DNA of 64,000 bases from Lytechinus pictus (Eukaryota). Positions 51,706 through 64,000 of the stretch are shown here, piece by piece (position 1 is the stretch's first letter; each line of letters starts with the position of its first letter). The notes under the pieces are model-generated. The model was not told the origin of the DNA. It made no database searches and saw only the letters and a program-made list of their open reading frames with translations. The translations under genes and the position numbers were made by a program. The DNA is taken from contig NC_087245.1 in the NCBI RefSeq assembly GCF_037042905.1, forward strand, positions 41,294,001 to 41,358,000. Direction: 5' to 3'.

Positions 51706-52284
51706 TAGGGTTGCAAAATTCCTGGGAATTTTCATGGTAGATACTTTCCATGGGAATAAACAGGATTTTTGTGGGAATTTGGGGAATTTTCGGCAATTTT
51801 CAGGAATTTTTCAAAACACATTGTTACATTAACATTGTATATTAACAATGTTATATATTAACAGGCTATTATAAACTGGTAAATGGAAGCTTGGTTCTGA
51901 CAAGTCCAAGCCTTGACATTTGCAGTAAAATGGAAAATAGTGTAATGCGATGTTTTATTTTTTCATGTTGAATTGATAAAGCTTCATTTTGCACATCATG
52001 CCCCATCATGTTACACTCACAGTAATGTACATTTATGTATAATACATGTATACACTTTGATGAATACCCTAGGCAAGTCAAAGAATAAAGAACTGTTTTA
52101 TAAAAATTAAAAGTATGATATTTTAAGATATCAATTTATAAGTTTGTATTTATTTTTAAAAACACCATTGATAAGTTTTTGTGAAAAAATGAAAATTCCA
52201 GAAAATTCCCATATTCCCGGCAGCTGAAAATTCCCCAAACTTTCCAAAAATTTCCGGAAAGTTTCCAAGTCCTTTGCAACCATA
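51706..52284. mobile_element. hAT-like non-autonomous element
   Basis: TIR tagggttgcaaa / tttgcaaccata; perfect 8-bp TSD attgacag; subterminal ggaaatt/aattcc repeats. Confidence 0.85.
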
Positions 52285-52600
52285 ATTGACAGGTTTTTTA
52301 TACACATAATCTGCCTCCACAAGAACCAGATCTAGTGGTCACTACAGGCAGGTGGCTGCTATACATGTAGACACAGATTTAACTGTACAAATGGCCGATT
52401 CCAACAAGTGGACATTCGACCAGTGCCAGTAACACAAAGCTTAACGATTGATCATAGAATAAAATAAAAGCTTACAATACAATTGACTGCATTGACCACA
52501 ATGTACAATCAATCATAAAAATATCAAAGCTCCTAATCAATCGCTACACTTTTGTGTTTAAGGGGCCATGAAGTATTTCTTTGACAAGCAGAGATCTCAC

Positions 52601-52669
52601 CTCAATATTCCAGTCATGCTGATCCAAAATGTTGCGACATCTCACCATATCCTCAATCCCAGTAAGATC
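52601..52669 (-). CDS. FAF2: FAF2/UBXD8 exon, UBA domain core (first exon found; upstream coding exon missing)
   Basis: ctgcag|GAT; DLTGIEDMVRCRNILDQHDWNIE, like human FAF2 DLTGIESMDQCRHTLEQHNWNIE (recalled); donor GAG|gtgaga; phase 0/0. Confidence 0.92.
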
Positions 52670-53450
52670 CTGCAGCCAAAAGAACGAACCATACAATATT
52701 ATAATAAAAATAATAACATCGACTTGCAATGCATGTGATACATAGACTAAGTTTTCTGTTTAAAAAAAATTCTTTTTGGGGTAAAGTCCATGATTGCAAC
52801 CAAGTGATTGGTCTGCTACGAAACCTGTTACTCATTTACTCATTTTTATAACTAATTCTTTAATCCTGTATATGCCTTAGGAGTACTATAAAGGTGAAAA
52901 AACAGGATTAATCCCCCATTTTTTAATCCAAATTCCAAAATGAATGTGGTTAATGTGGATTTTCTAGGGAAATTCATCATTGTTTACCACATTCGACACA
53001 CAGGTCCATACTGTAGACCCCGTGTCAAGGCTCCATGATGACATGACGAAGACAGAGAATCTTATGATAAAATATCATCATAGATTTCTAGAGGCTAGGG
53101 GTGCATATGGTCTTATGGGACTCTTGCCAGAAGGAGGACTGCGAATAATGAGAAAATGTTAGAACACACAAAAAAACCAGAACAGCCGATTTTCCAGTCT
53201 TGATTCTAGTCTACGTTCTAAAGACTAAAATAAGTTTAGCACTAGCAAAAGCATAGCACTGCACTTTAGTTTAGCAGCAAATGTATACAAAGGAAATTAA
53301 TTGGTCTCCAAAACTTGGAGACTGTCTCTGAAATTGGATACCAAAATCAAAATTATCAGTCTCTGATATAATTGGAGATAATCTCCAACATGGAAGACAC
53401 TCGTCCAGATTGGCTTTGCACCAGACCTAGGCCCTAGCCTAGGGAATCAA

Positions 53451-56400
53451 GGTGCCGTTTGATAATTTGTTTTGATGATTTCGAAATGGTAAAATCAAAA
53501 ACAAAATTTTGAGTGAAAACTTATGCTATTTTTTAGATTTAAAAAAGAACAAGTGGAGCGCCTCTGGCAGTCTCACCTGCATCACGCGATTCAATACAGC
53601 AGCAGTGCTGACTTTGAAAACTAATATAAAATAATTATTCACAAAAAACACCATTCATATGATACAATACTACGTTCATTGTCAATAAATGATATTTGAC
53701 CATGATCATGCTACCTAAGACTTGTCAGTAATACTTAATTACCCCTATATCCACATTTTATTTAAACTATATCTATAAACTTTGAAAGTTATGACAGCAA
53801 TCTAATAATTACATCCAAATGGCCAAAGTTCAATGACCTTAAATGACCTTTGCCTTTGGTCATGTGACCTGAAACTTGCATGAGATGTTCAGTGATACTT
53901 GATTCCTCTAATGTCCAAATTTTATGAAATAGACCAATACACTTACAGAGTTATGATGGTAATTCAACGAATACCCCCAAATTGGCCAAAGTTCATTGAC
54001 CTTAAATGACCTTTGACCTTGATCATGTGCCCTAAAACTCACACAGGAAGTTCAGTGATACTTGTTTACTCTTATGTCCAAGTTTCATGAATCAGATCCA
54101 TAAACTTTTAAAGTTATGATGGTAATTCAACAAATTCCCCCAACTTAGCCAAAGTTCATTGACCCTAAATGACCTTTGACCTTGGTCATGTGACTTGAAA
54201 CTCTGGCAGGATGTTCAGTAATACTTGATTAACCTTATGTCTAAGTTTCATGAACTAGGTCTATATATTTTCTAAGTTATGATGACATTTCAAAAACTTA
54301 ACCTTAGGTTAAGATTTCGATGTTGACTCCCCCAACATGGTCAAAGTTCATTGACCCTAAATGACCTTTGACCTTGATCATGTTACCTGAAACTCAGGCA
54401 GGGTGTTCAGTAATACTTGATTAACCTTATGGCCAAGTTTAATGAACTAGGTCCATATACTTTCTAAGTTATGCTGTCATTTCAAAAACTTAACCTTCGG
54501 TTAAGATTTGGTGCTGACGGCGCCGTCGGAAAAGCGGCGCCTATAGTCTCACTCTGCTATGCAGGTGAGACAAAAACGGTTGTTAATCAATAATTTCCTT
54601 TCAGGAATGTAAGAATGTTAAAATTTGTCCATTGATCTGTTTTTCATATTTTAAATTTTAGTTTTTCCTTTGACAAAATAGAAGCATTGAAATTCTTGTT
54701 TACTTTTTCTGTCTTTTCGTTTTATTTTTCATGAACAGAGAACTGATCTCATCTTCTTGTTTCCTTTTTCTGTTTCGAAATCAGAAGAAAAAAATTATTT
54801 GATCATACTGCTGTCGTCGTACAATCAGATAATTAATTTGCTTTGACAAAACATGATAATGAAACCAAATGCGCGTGCGCTGACATTGCATAGGGCAGCT
54901 ACACGGATAATCACAGCTGACCAAAAAGCAGAAATAAGAGAAAAGGAAGAACAGGAAGAAGAGGAAAAAGAAGAAGAACAAAGAAAAAGAACAAAGAAAA
55001 CAAAGAAGCAGAAGGAAGAAGAAAAAGAAGAACAAAGTAGAAAAAGAAGAACTAAAGAGAAGAAAGAGAAGAACACAAATGTGAGCAGAAAAATGAAAAG
55101 GAACAATAAGGAAAGGGGGAGGGTCGACAAGCAATCAAATCAGTTGACAAATAAAAAAGAGGGTTCTACCTCTGGCACAAGGACGGTTCAGTTGTGTGTG
55201 TGTGTGTGGGGGGGGGGGGGCTATCAAAAATTCTACTCCCGCTCAGAACTCACAATGTTTGACTGTTAGCTGATAGAGAGATGCAGTGAGTGTATATTGC
55301 TGATCAACCCCGCCCCCAACCGTCCTTGTTGTGCAAGAGGTAGTGCACTCCAGTCAGTAGGCAGGTCCCCAAAAGTGGCTTCTTTCATCCAAGTGATATT
55401 CAGGACTACAGAGGTTTTGCATATTTAATGAGCTTGATGCGGACCAAAACACCTCTTTTAATTTGGTAATTGCTGCTCTAAATATACATTAAAGTTTATG
55501 ATTTTGGGATCATTGCAAAGAAGAAGAATCATTCTTTTGAGTCATGTGTTTGAATTTATTCAAAGATTTTGTAATGTAGGTGAAACTTTTGATCTAAAAT
55601 ATGCTAAAATCATTATTTTCGCCTGACAAAATTTATATTTACACTTTATTTTTGTTTAAGCCCAAATGATTTCTAGATCATGATAAAGCTGAATATCTAT
55701 GCTTTTAAATGGTATAGGTTTCAAAACAAGAATAGGTTTAATCGGGTCAAGATCACACTTTTCATTGGCAAAGTTCATTTAAGCAGCTTGAAAACAAGAA
55801 TACTGCACTCTGATTGGTCAAAGAGACCACACACTCAACAGTTCCAGTGCTGGGTTCACGGCAAGGTCACACTTCCCATGTGGTAATCAAATCAAATCAC
55901 TCGCGTTTTTTGTTTTGAAGCCTTATCCAGCCAATCAGAACACTAGATTTCATGCTACTCCAAAATTTTAGAAATCTCTTCTTGTACTTTGGTGGGAAAA
56001 GTATGATCTTGACCCGATTAAAAGGTGCCGCATATTAAGAGTGACATTCCGAGAAAGTACAGAAATTCAGCTATAGGTGATATAGATATCTTCAAGGCTC
56101 AAAATAGAAAGTTTTCACACTTTGCAAAAGAAAACAGAGGAAGAAAAATTCAGTTTTGATGCACAATTTTCAGGCCTGACATTCACTTTAATATTTATCA
56201 AAATATTTTATACAAAATAAATGACCAATGGTATGAAAGAGAAACAGATTTATTCTGTCCAATTGTGCAAAGTTATTTAATTTGACTTGAGGATAAAGTA
56301 GGTAAATTTTTAGAGAAAGAAAATCTAATGATTCACAAGATTTTGCTGGGAATCAGCCTCGAAAGAATTTGGATGAATCTGGCCTATTTGCTCATTAGTA

Positions 56401-57170
56401 TAGGCATACATGTAGGGACCTCTTTGTTTACTTGTCAATACCTCCCTTTCCTTATTGTTCCTTCTCATTTTTCAGCTCACATTCATGTTCTTCTTCTTCA
56501 TCATTCTTCTTCTTTTTCTTCTTTCTTCTTTTTTTTTTCTTCTTCATGTTCTCCATTTTCTCTTCTTATTTCTGCTTTTTTGTCGGCAGTGATAATTCAT
56601 AGCTGCCCTAAGCAATGTTGGCATACAGGCACACGGTTTCATTATTCTGTTTTGTCAATGCAAAACTAATTATCTAATAATCGTACCATGATATGGCAGC
56701 GTTACGATCAGATAATTCCTTTCTCTGATTTCAAAATAGACAAAGGAAACAAGAAGATGCTTCGATTGTCTGTTTTGTGAAAGCAAAAAAAAAAACCAGC
56801 AAAAAGAAAAAAGAAAGAATTTTAATTCAATTTTCTGTTTAGTCAAAGCAAATAAATAAGTTAGGCTTACCGGTACATTCAGAAAAAAATGAAATATGAC
56901 AAAACAGTAAAACGGAAAAACAAACCATTTTTAACTATCTACATGTATGTTAGTCATTAGATCTAACAATAACAAGTAACATATCTAACTCAGTTAAAAT
57001 GCTAGTATCTATTCTAGACTCACTTTTACTGGCAAACACACATTTCATTTCTGAAACTTTGAAAGTGAAACAAATTATTGAATAACGACCGTTCTACTAT
57101 TTAAATCTCAGTTTCCACTAAATAGTTTATCACTTCTTTTTTTTTTAATCAGAGAAGCAAAAACAGTACC
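53451..57170. mobile_element. Large diverged foldback element interrupted by the HINE
   Basis: Termini tcaa|ggtgccgttt and aaacagtacc|ttga; arms 54577-55160 vs 56430-57093 are reverse complements; inner IR 55738-55775 vs 55985-56021. Confidence 0.75.
53548..54576 (-). mobile_element. Helentron-associated (HINE/DINE-1/pearl-type) element with internal tandem repeats
   Basis: Subterminal IR gtctcacctgcat (53570) / atgcaggtgagac (54559), partial IR gtctcac at 54546, tandem 160-195-bp units containing tgacctttgacctt, A/T-run termini. Confidence 0.75.
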
Positions 57171-60100
57171 TTGACTATGGGCAATGCCGGCGCGCCTGCT
57201 CTGCGGCTGGGCCCCGGGGAGGCGATTTGGGCAAAATTAGAGCACACAGCTATAGTACAGCTCAAGAGTAGACTGCATCTAATGATCTATGCAGACCAAA
57301 TACTGATCGGTGATGTGAATGGGGAGTGAATAGGCCCTTGCCCTCTCACAAGAGCTCAAGGGCCGATTGCACGAAAGGGTTTTTGCAAGAACCATCTTTC
57401 GTGTCGCCCATTTATTATGATGCGCCATGTGAAATGCATTTTTAATAAATTACCTGCAAACATATTGTAAATTAATATTATATTCATCCGTTAGGCGTTA
57501 ACATACCTTGTAACCACTCCTAGTACCAATGAGGTCCAAACATTAACATGTATGGACCTCATAGGCGACAATGCGTTAAAAACAGGTTAGAACTTCTAAA
57601 CGTACTGTTTCCTGCACCCAAGTATGATATTACTCCCAAAATATGAGTTTTGTCCTCGTTTGTTTATCATTTATTAAAAGATTGCCCATTAAATATATTC
57701 CTATTCCTAATTTGAATTTAATAAAATAAAGGGAAACTTACATTTGAGTCATTTTTCGATCTTTTTTTGGCAGTCAGTCCGGTCACCGTCGAGTGCGATC
57801 AAAGCGGTATGAAGCTGATTTTCAGATCACGTGATACGTGTGGTCATCACCTGATCAATCGACTATCCTTTTTTAAAGACCGCAACAATTATAAATTTTA
57901 TTATAAAATATATATAGAATGAATAATTGCATGATATTATATATGGTCCTTTTCACGGTCAAGGGTGTAACTTTCAAAATTCAAGATCAAAATTTCAAAA
58001 TGGACTTTCTTAAACATTTCTAATAAAAACAGGTCAATAAATGTCTAAATTCTTCATTTCTGTCTGTTCTGGAGCTTAATCTACTTGAGAAACCTCAAAA
58101 TAATTATGTGCAACTGTGAAAAATGAGAAAAATTGAATAAAATCAGCCTTTTGATTTCATTACCAAAATTACAAATTTTTGTTACAAACATTTTCATTTG
58201 CACTTTTTCATTCACAAATTAAATGTTCTTTGAGGTTTTTAAAAGTTTTGGATTCAAAGTTTATTAGTTTTCTAAAAATTTCTATGAGTTTTTGAAATTT
58301 ATCACAAATTTGGATTTTGACAACAAAGTGTTTAAAATTACATGTCTTCCAAGAGGAAGAGGAAAGCAAAAATTATTGTACATTTACTTCTCCATGAAGG
58401 TTAATTACTAACACTTATCCCATGGAAATCAGATACCAAATAAGAAAGTTGGAAATTTCTCCCAAGTGTGTTTCGGAGGCTTCAGTTAACAAAAATATGT
58501 GTTTCGGAGACTTCAGTCATGTTAGCACTATGAAAGTCCCTTATTTAAGTTGATTACTTTTACAAATCTATCTTTTTCAAATGGCATATCAGTATAAGAC
58601 TGAATGTAAACAAAATCAAACAAACTAATGTCTCGTGAATGGGAAAATGTAATTCACGAATGTTAACTACTGCACAAAGACATCATATTTCAATGCCTTG
58701 GTGCCAAGATAGGTAATAGTTCAGCTTTAAAGGGAATATAGTAATAGAAGTACATCTCATACAGAAAAGAATATTCATGATGCATAAACAAAGTGATGAA
58801 ATACTGAAACTTGTGTTTCAGTGGCTTTGCTAGGGTTCCCAGAGTGTTTCGGAGACTTCAATCATGTTAACATATTGCGTTTTCCATCATATAGCTAACA
58901 GCTTATTTCAATTTTAACACTTGTTTATTATTATGTTAAATCCAATTGTAAAAAAATCCAGAATTATATGTTAAGTTCAATGCAGAAAGTTGGTTGACAA
59001 TTATTTTTTGTATGCCTTTAGGTAACAACAGTGTATGTTTCGGAGACTTCAATGATGTTAATAGTCCAACAGTTTCTGTAACATATACATGCATATTAAA
59101 GTAATATCCAATATTTTTACAATGAACATGTCCAGGAAATATTTTCTATATTTAAATTCTGCTTGTTAGGTAGATGTGCATTACCCAAAATACCAAAGTA
59201 CCAAAGTAAAGTAAGTGCATCAAAGTCACACATTAAAAGGCAGTTTGGATTTGAATTGAATTGACACTAGAAATGTATGATTTTTTTTTAAACAAATGCA
59301 CACCTAGTTAATACCAATAGCATTTCCATTTATTTGAATGCAGGATAAAAGAGCATTGTCAATTAAATGCCTTGCTAACGGGCATAGGTGCCACGGCCGA
59401 GGATCAAACTCCAGACTTTCCAAGTACATGGATAGCAAGGCACCTTAGACCACTTGGCCGCGGCACCTCGACCATATTGTTGATATGACAATATAAAATT
59501 GAATATTTATTCCTTACTGTTTTATCAAATGGAAGTGTTAAGGAACATAGCCATGAGCAAACATGTACATGTATGTGTGATTAGTGAAATTTCTATGCTA
59601 GGGACTTGAATTTATTAATACTGCACTTTCAAATTAGTGCTTAATAGCACTTTACTTTGCATCATTCAACAACAAGCTTTTTAAAAAAGTACATACAATA
59701 CATGTATTAAGTTATGATTATAATTCAAAACAATTGTTGGTATTGGAATCACTTGTAGTGAATGGAGTTAGGGTAATTTTATTTATGGCACAAGTACTGT
59801 CTGCATACCAACCTAGAGCTTAAGCTCACAAAATTAATCAAATTATACTTGAAAGGTTTTATATCATGCTTTGCTTTCATCTTGATCTTTTTTCATGTTA
59901 CCATATCTTTGGCACTTGGTTTTCTTCCCACTTTTTTTTCTTAAAAAAGACAATCAAGACATACATTGTAAGCTGTACATTAAGTATTTATAAACAAATC
60001 ATTTCAAATCATATTCTAAAAACTGAAATGAAAATCCTTCAAGGCAAACTGATACAACTCTCACAGATAGTAATTTTATTTGAGAAAGTTAATGGGATTA

Positions 60101-63100
60101 ACATTGCTTTGATAGGTAATTTGTGACCAGCCATCCCGAATCCAACTACAGTGTATATGTTGCCAAAATGAATTATGAAATTTTTATTGAGTTTAAATTA
60201 TTTCATCTCAAGCTTTTAAAAGGTATATAACATGTCAAAATTAATCCATTATAACCCACATACATGTAAGTCATTGATTGAATGCAGAAGAAACTTTTTA
60301 AATAGGGAAAAACAATGTTCAAAGTTTAGGGTCCATTCAAGCTTAAGATGCAGCGATCTCAGAGAAAAGTCCAAACAGTCCACAAACACTTCTGTCAAGA
60401 CTATTTTATCTGATTTTCTATCTAAGTTTACTGCTTGAGATTTTGACTGTATATGAAGAAGAAAAATTACTCTTTCCAATTATTTTTTTTTTCTATTTTT
60501 TCACAAAAACATAATATTCTGGCTATTTACAGAGAACCTTCCCTAGTGACTTATTGTAGGTTTGGGGTGGCTGGTCACAGTCTAACCAACCTGTATTTCA
60601 GAAGAAATCAATGTACAAAATGGATGATCACAATTCACAATCACTGATTGCGAACATGATAAGGCTGTGTCACTCTGCATTGCTCATACATTACTCAAAA
60701 AGTGTAATGCCAATTGTTATGTACTTATTACCAAGAGCTCATTGAAATAAATTGTAGTGACAGACTTTTATATTTTGAAAATACTTGAATTCACAATTCC
60801 ATCAAAACAAATTGTGCAGAAAATATTGATAAAATAATGATAATGAAAAAAGCAAATGTATTATTATGGACTAAGTGCTTGGAGAATGAGAACCCTGTAT
60901 TTGGTATTCATGCCTATCTTGAAGATACATCTATATGCTATTAGATGTTGCTTAAAATATTTACATAAACTTCTCCATACCAATACATGTTCATCATGAT
61001 CTAGTCATTTGTGGTAATAACACTATTACTTCCTCAGAATCTATAAAAGGATGGTCTGTCCACCAATTTATGGTTTTTGGATGACAAACTTAAAACCTTA
61101 ACTTATAATGGTATGACAAAGAGAATGAAGCCTCTGAAACATAGAACTTACATGTACATGTATTTACATGTACATATATACATACATGTCTCAGATACCT
61201 TGAACATTTGAGAAAATGCAAAGATTTATTTAAATCTTTGTATATTAAAATGTTCCTAAATATTGTATTTGTGCGTATGTGTGTAAGTATGCATGTATCT
61301 ACACACTGAGTAACCTGAATTTGATTGAGGATAACACACGTTTACAAATGTAAAATTCAATCACAAATACAAGTTCTTTTGTATATCATTAAAAATTTGA
61401 AAATCTGATGAAGAAATACTCATTCCTGTAATTTTGTAGATCAAAACCAAACATGCTGTTGAAAAAATGCCTAATTTTTCTTATCCAGGACATTGGAATA
61501 ACACAAAATATGGTGTTAACGCTTGTTTGAAGCCTCCGAAACAAGTGTTAACATAAGTTTAGGATGCCTGTCAATTTGGGAAAATGCAGAGCTTTATTTT
61601 GAGCCACTGTATATTACAATATTAATAAACATTACATGGTTTATATGTGTGACTTTTCTTTCTTTTAGTTGATATCTAATGTTTATATTCTGAGTTAGAA
61701 ATAGGGAAATGCATGTTTTATGAGTGGAAAATCCCATCTCAAATACTTAGCTCAGGTATAACTTAAGAAATATTATTAATTATAAAATCAAATATGTTTC
61801 TGTTCTTAAGTAGATCAAAACCAACAACAAAAAATAAAATGTGAACACTCTCTTATCTATGAATTTAGAATAACAAAAAAAAACATGTGTTAACTTATGT
61901 TCGAAGCCTCCTAAACAGAATTTTTATGTTATCAGCGAATTCTGAAAAAAATTGAATTGATATTCATACAATTTCTACCTGAGGCCAGTCTATACAACAT
62001 AACATATGATTATAATACAAATTTAACCTACAAATTTTGGACTGAAGTAACAAAAAAATAAAAACAAGTGATTTGACTGTTTCGGAGGCTTCAAGTGTTT
62101 CGGAGGCTTCAATTGTTAACGGAAAGTTAGTATCATCTCTTATTTTCAAACAGCAAGGAATATCTCTGCTATTTATTGACAGGTGAACTAGGTGTCCATA
62201 TACTACATTGTGATGTATTGATTGGACAAGTTCCTTCGTTCATATTTATATGGGCAGTCTGTAAAGTTTGTTTCGGAGGCTTCAAAACAGTTAACGGAAA
62301 ATTAACCTTGATCAGTTACATGTAGGCTTTGAAAAAATTGTAAAAAGAAGTGTGATCCAAGATATTTTGTTTTTATTTGGAAGTTTATACTTCAAATGTT
62401 GCATAAAGGTCCTAGGGAGCAGAATTTTATTTTTTGAAAACCAATGCTCGGAATACAAAGTTTGTTAGCTATTGTTAACGGAAAATGAAGCCTCCGAAAC
62501 AACAAATTGGACCACCCCGTTCTCAGAAATAAAGAAGCAGTCACACTAAAAACCTATCTGGTATTTTTCATTGAACATCTAACTTCACATTCTGCATAAC
62601 AAAAGTAATCATCAACATTCCAGAAATAAGAAAGGGCATTCCAAAAAAAGTCTATGTATTTTATGTACACAAAAAAGGTGCAACTTAGGGTACTTATGTT
62701 AGGGATCCCAAAACGAAAATCTAATTTTTGAAATCTATGTTTAAAAGCATTGAAAAGTACCTCACCTGAATCAGCAAATTCAAAAACCCCAAGTGAATGA
62801 CTTTTAGTGTTCCAAAGAGATCTAAATATCTGTTAATCTGAGGCGAAATTAGGTCCGAATTGTGACAGATTTGTGTACAAATTTCTCTTTGAAATTTGGT
62901 CGACACGTACGGCACAGAGCTCGGCACTGAACGAGGGATTGTGGGCGTGTCCTTTCTCGTCTCGGTCTATTATTACGCAAATACACAACTCGAACGAAAG
63001 TACGTTCACCGTATCAGTTAGTCTCGGATCCGAGCTTATACAAATAAACAATGATTAAATAACAAGAAAATAATAGAAAGAAGAGAAAAGGGAAAATGAA

Positions 63101-63199
63101 TGGCTCAAATGCAGTCGTTTGGTGACGGATAGTATGCTCTGACCTCTTGCTGATATAAGGTTTAGATATGACATAAGTTTTATGCCATGATAACTAAAG

Positions 63200-63965
63200 C
63201 ATGGGGGGGGCGAGGGCACTCTGACTTTCAAAATAATTAACTATTTAAACATCTATATCTAGGCAATTAAGGGAGGGTCCGGGATTTCCAAAGGGGGGGG
63301 GGGGGGGGGCACTATTAGCCATGTTAGCGGTGGCAGTCAAAAAATTTAGGGGGGCACCAAAATTTTTGACAAAAAAAGGTTATCAAAGGGGGGGGGGCCG
63401 AAAAAAAAATTTAGCCCCCCAAAAAGCTAACAACATCCCCCATAGGCAGCGGGGGGGGGGGTGTGCCCCCCTAAATTTGAGGTGGGGGACGATCGTCCCC
63501 CCCTAATTTTTTGTTGATAACCTTTTTTTTTGCTTGTCAATTTTTTTTTCCTGCGTGCATGCCCCCTAAATTCCAGTGGACCACCCTAAAAAATTCATGT
63601 GGTCTCCCCTAAAATTTGGGTTGATAAACTTTTTGGGGGGAGGGGGCTTGTCACAAAATTTTGGTGGTCCCCCTCCCTAAATTTTTGATTTCCGCTGCCA
63701 ATGGTCCCCACCTAAAATTTAGGGGGGACATGGCCTATGGAGGGCACATTTTCCCGATGCAAATTTGATGAGCATTACAAAATATTTTTTTACCAAAAAT
63801 TGAAAGTCATTTCGTCCATAAAAATTGACAAGCAAAAAAATATATAGGGCATATATATATATATCCTCACTTTCAAGGGGGCATGCTTGGGTAAAAAGGG
63901 CATGCTTATATTACAAATTACAATTTTGGCTCTCGATAATTATGCCCCTTGGATCCACCAGTAAT
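63200..63965. repeat. Cluster of poly-G/C-rich non-autonomous element fragments
   Basis: Repeated cctaaatttt/aaatttaggggg motifs in both orientations and ttgacaagcaaaaaa shared with 7177-7546; termini not resolved. Confidence 0.5.
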
Positions 63966-64000
63966 CTAAGGGGAATTTTTTGTTTTTAGTTTTGATATGG

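Noticed and set aside
53320..53368. Minus-strand SETDNFDFGIQFQ resembling the FAF2 exon-1 end
   Set aside because: Followed by AGA rather than a GT/GC donor, and the similarity is weak.
54781..56669. K/E-rich ORF 54853-55269 and F/S-rich ORFs, including 56328-56669
   Set aside because: Purine-rich tract in the arms of the foldback element; the similar ORFs are the two inverted arms.
58469..62501. CRISPR-like or regularly spaced array reading of the 16-bp motif
   Set aside because: Irregular spacing, both orientations, eukaryotic context and no cas genes.

Overview
AT-rich, repeat-dense animal genomic DNA. The SINE/MITE content and poly-G/C tracts suggest an echinoderm such as a sea urchin (inference). 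Two spliced protein-coding genes face each other tail-to-tail. (1) A + strand canonical TRP cation channel (TRPC; C-terminus most like TRPC3/6/7) with 13 coding exons at 9167-25252, assembled by hand into one open frame of about 1200 aa. One intron requires a GC donor. (2) A - strand FAF2/UBXD8 orthologue (UBA, membrane hairpin, UAS, coiled coil, UBX) with 9 coding exons at 37792-52669; its first coding exon was not found in the window. Introns and intergenic DNA contain many non-autonomous DNA transposons (TTAA/Kolobok-like, hAT-like, Harbinger-like, a Helentron-type element, a large foldback), tRNA-derived SINEs, RTE and L2-like LINE fragments and a 1.1 kb (AGT)n microsatellite. The most unusual items are a tandem array of decoy copies of a TRPC 3' splice junction, a displaced copy of a TRPC exon end, a perfect 70-bp inverted repeat bracketing an in-frame FAF2 exon, a perfect 47-bp intronic hairpin, and a 4-kb region with 11 copies of a 16-bp motif.
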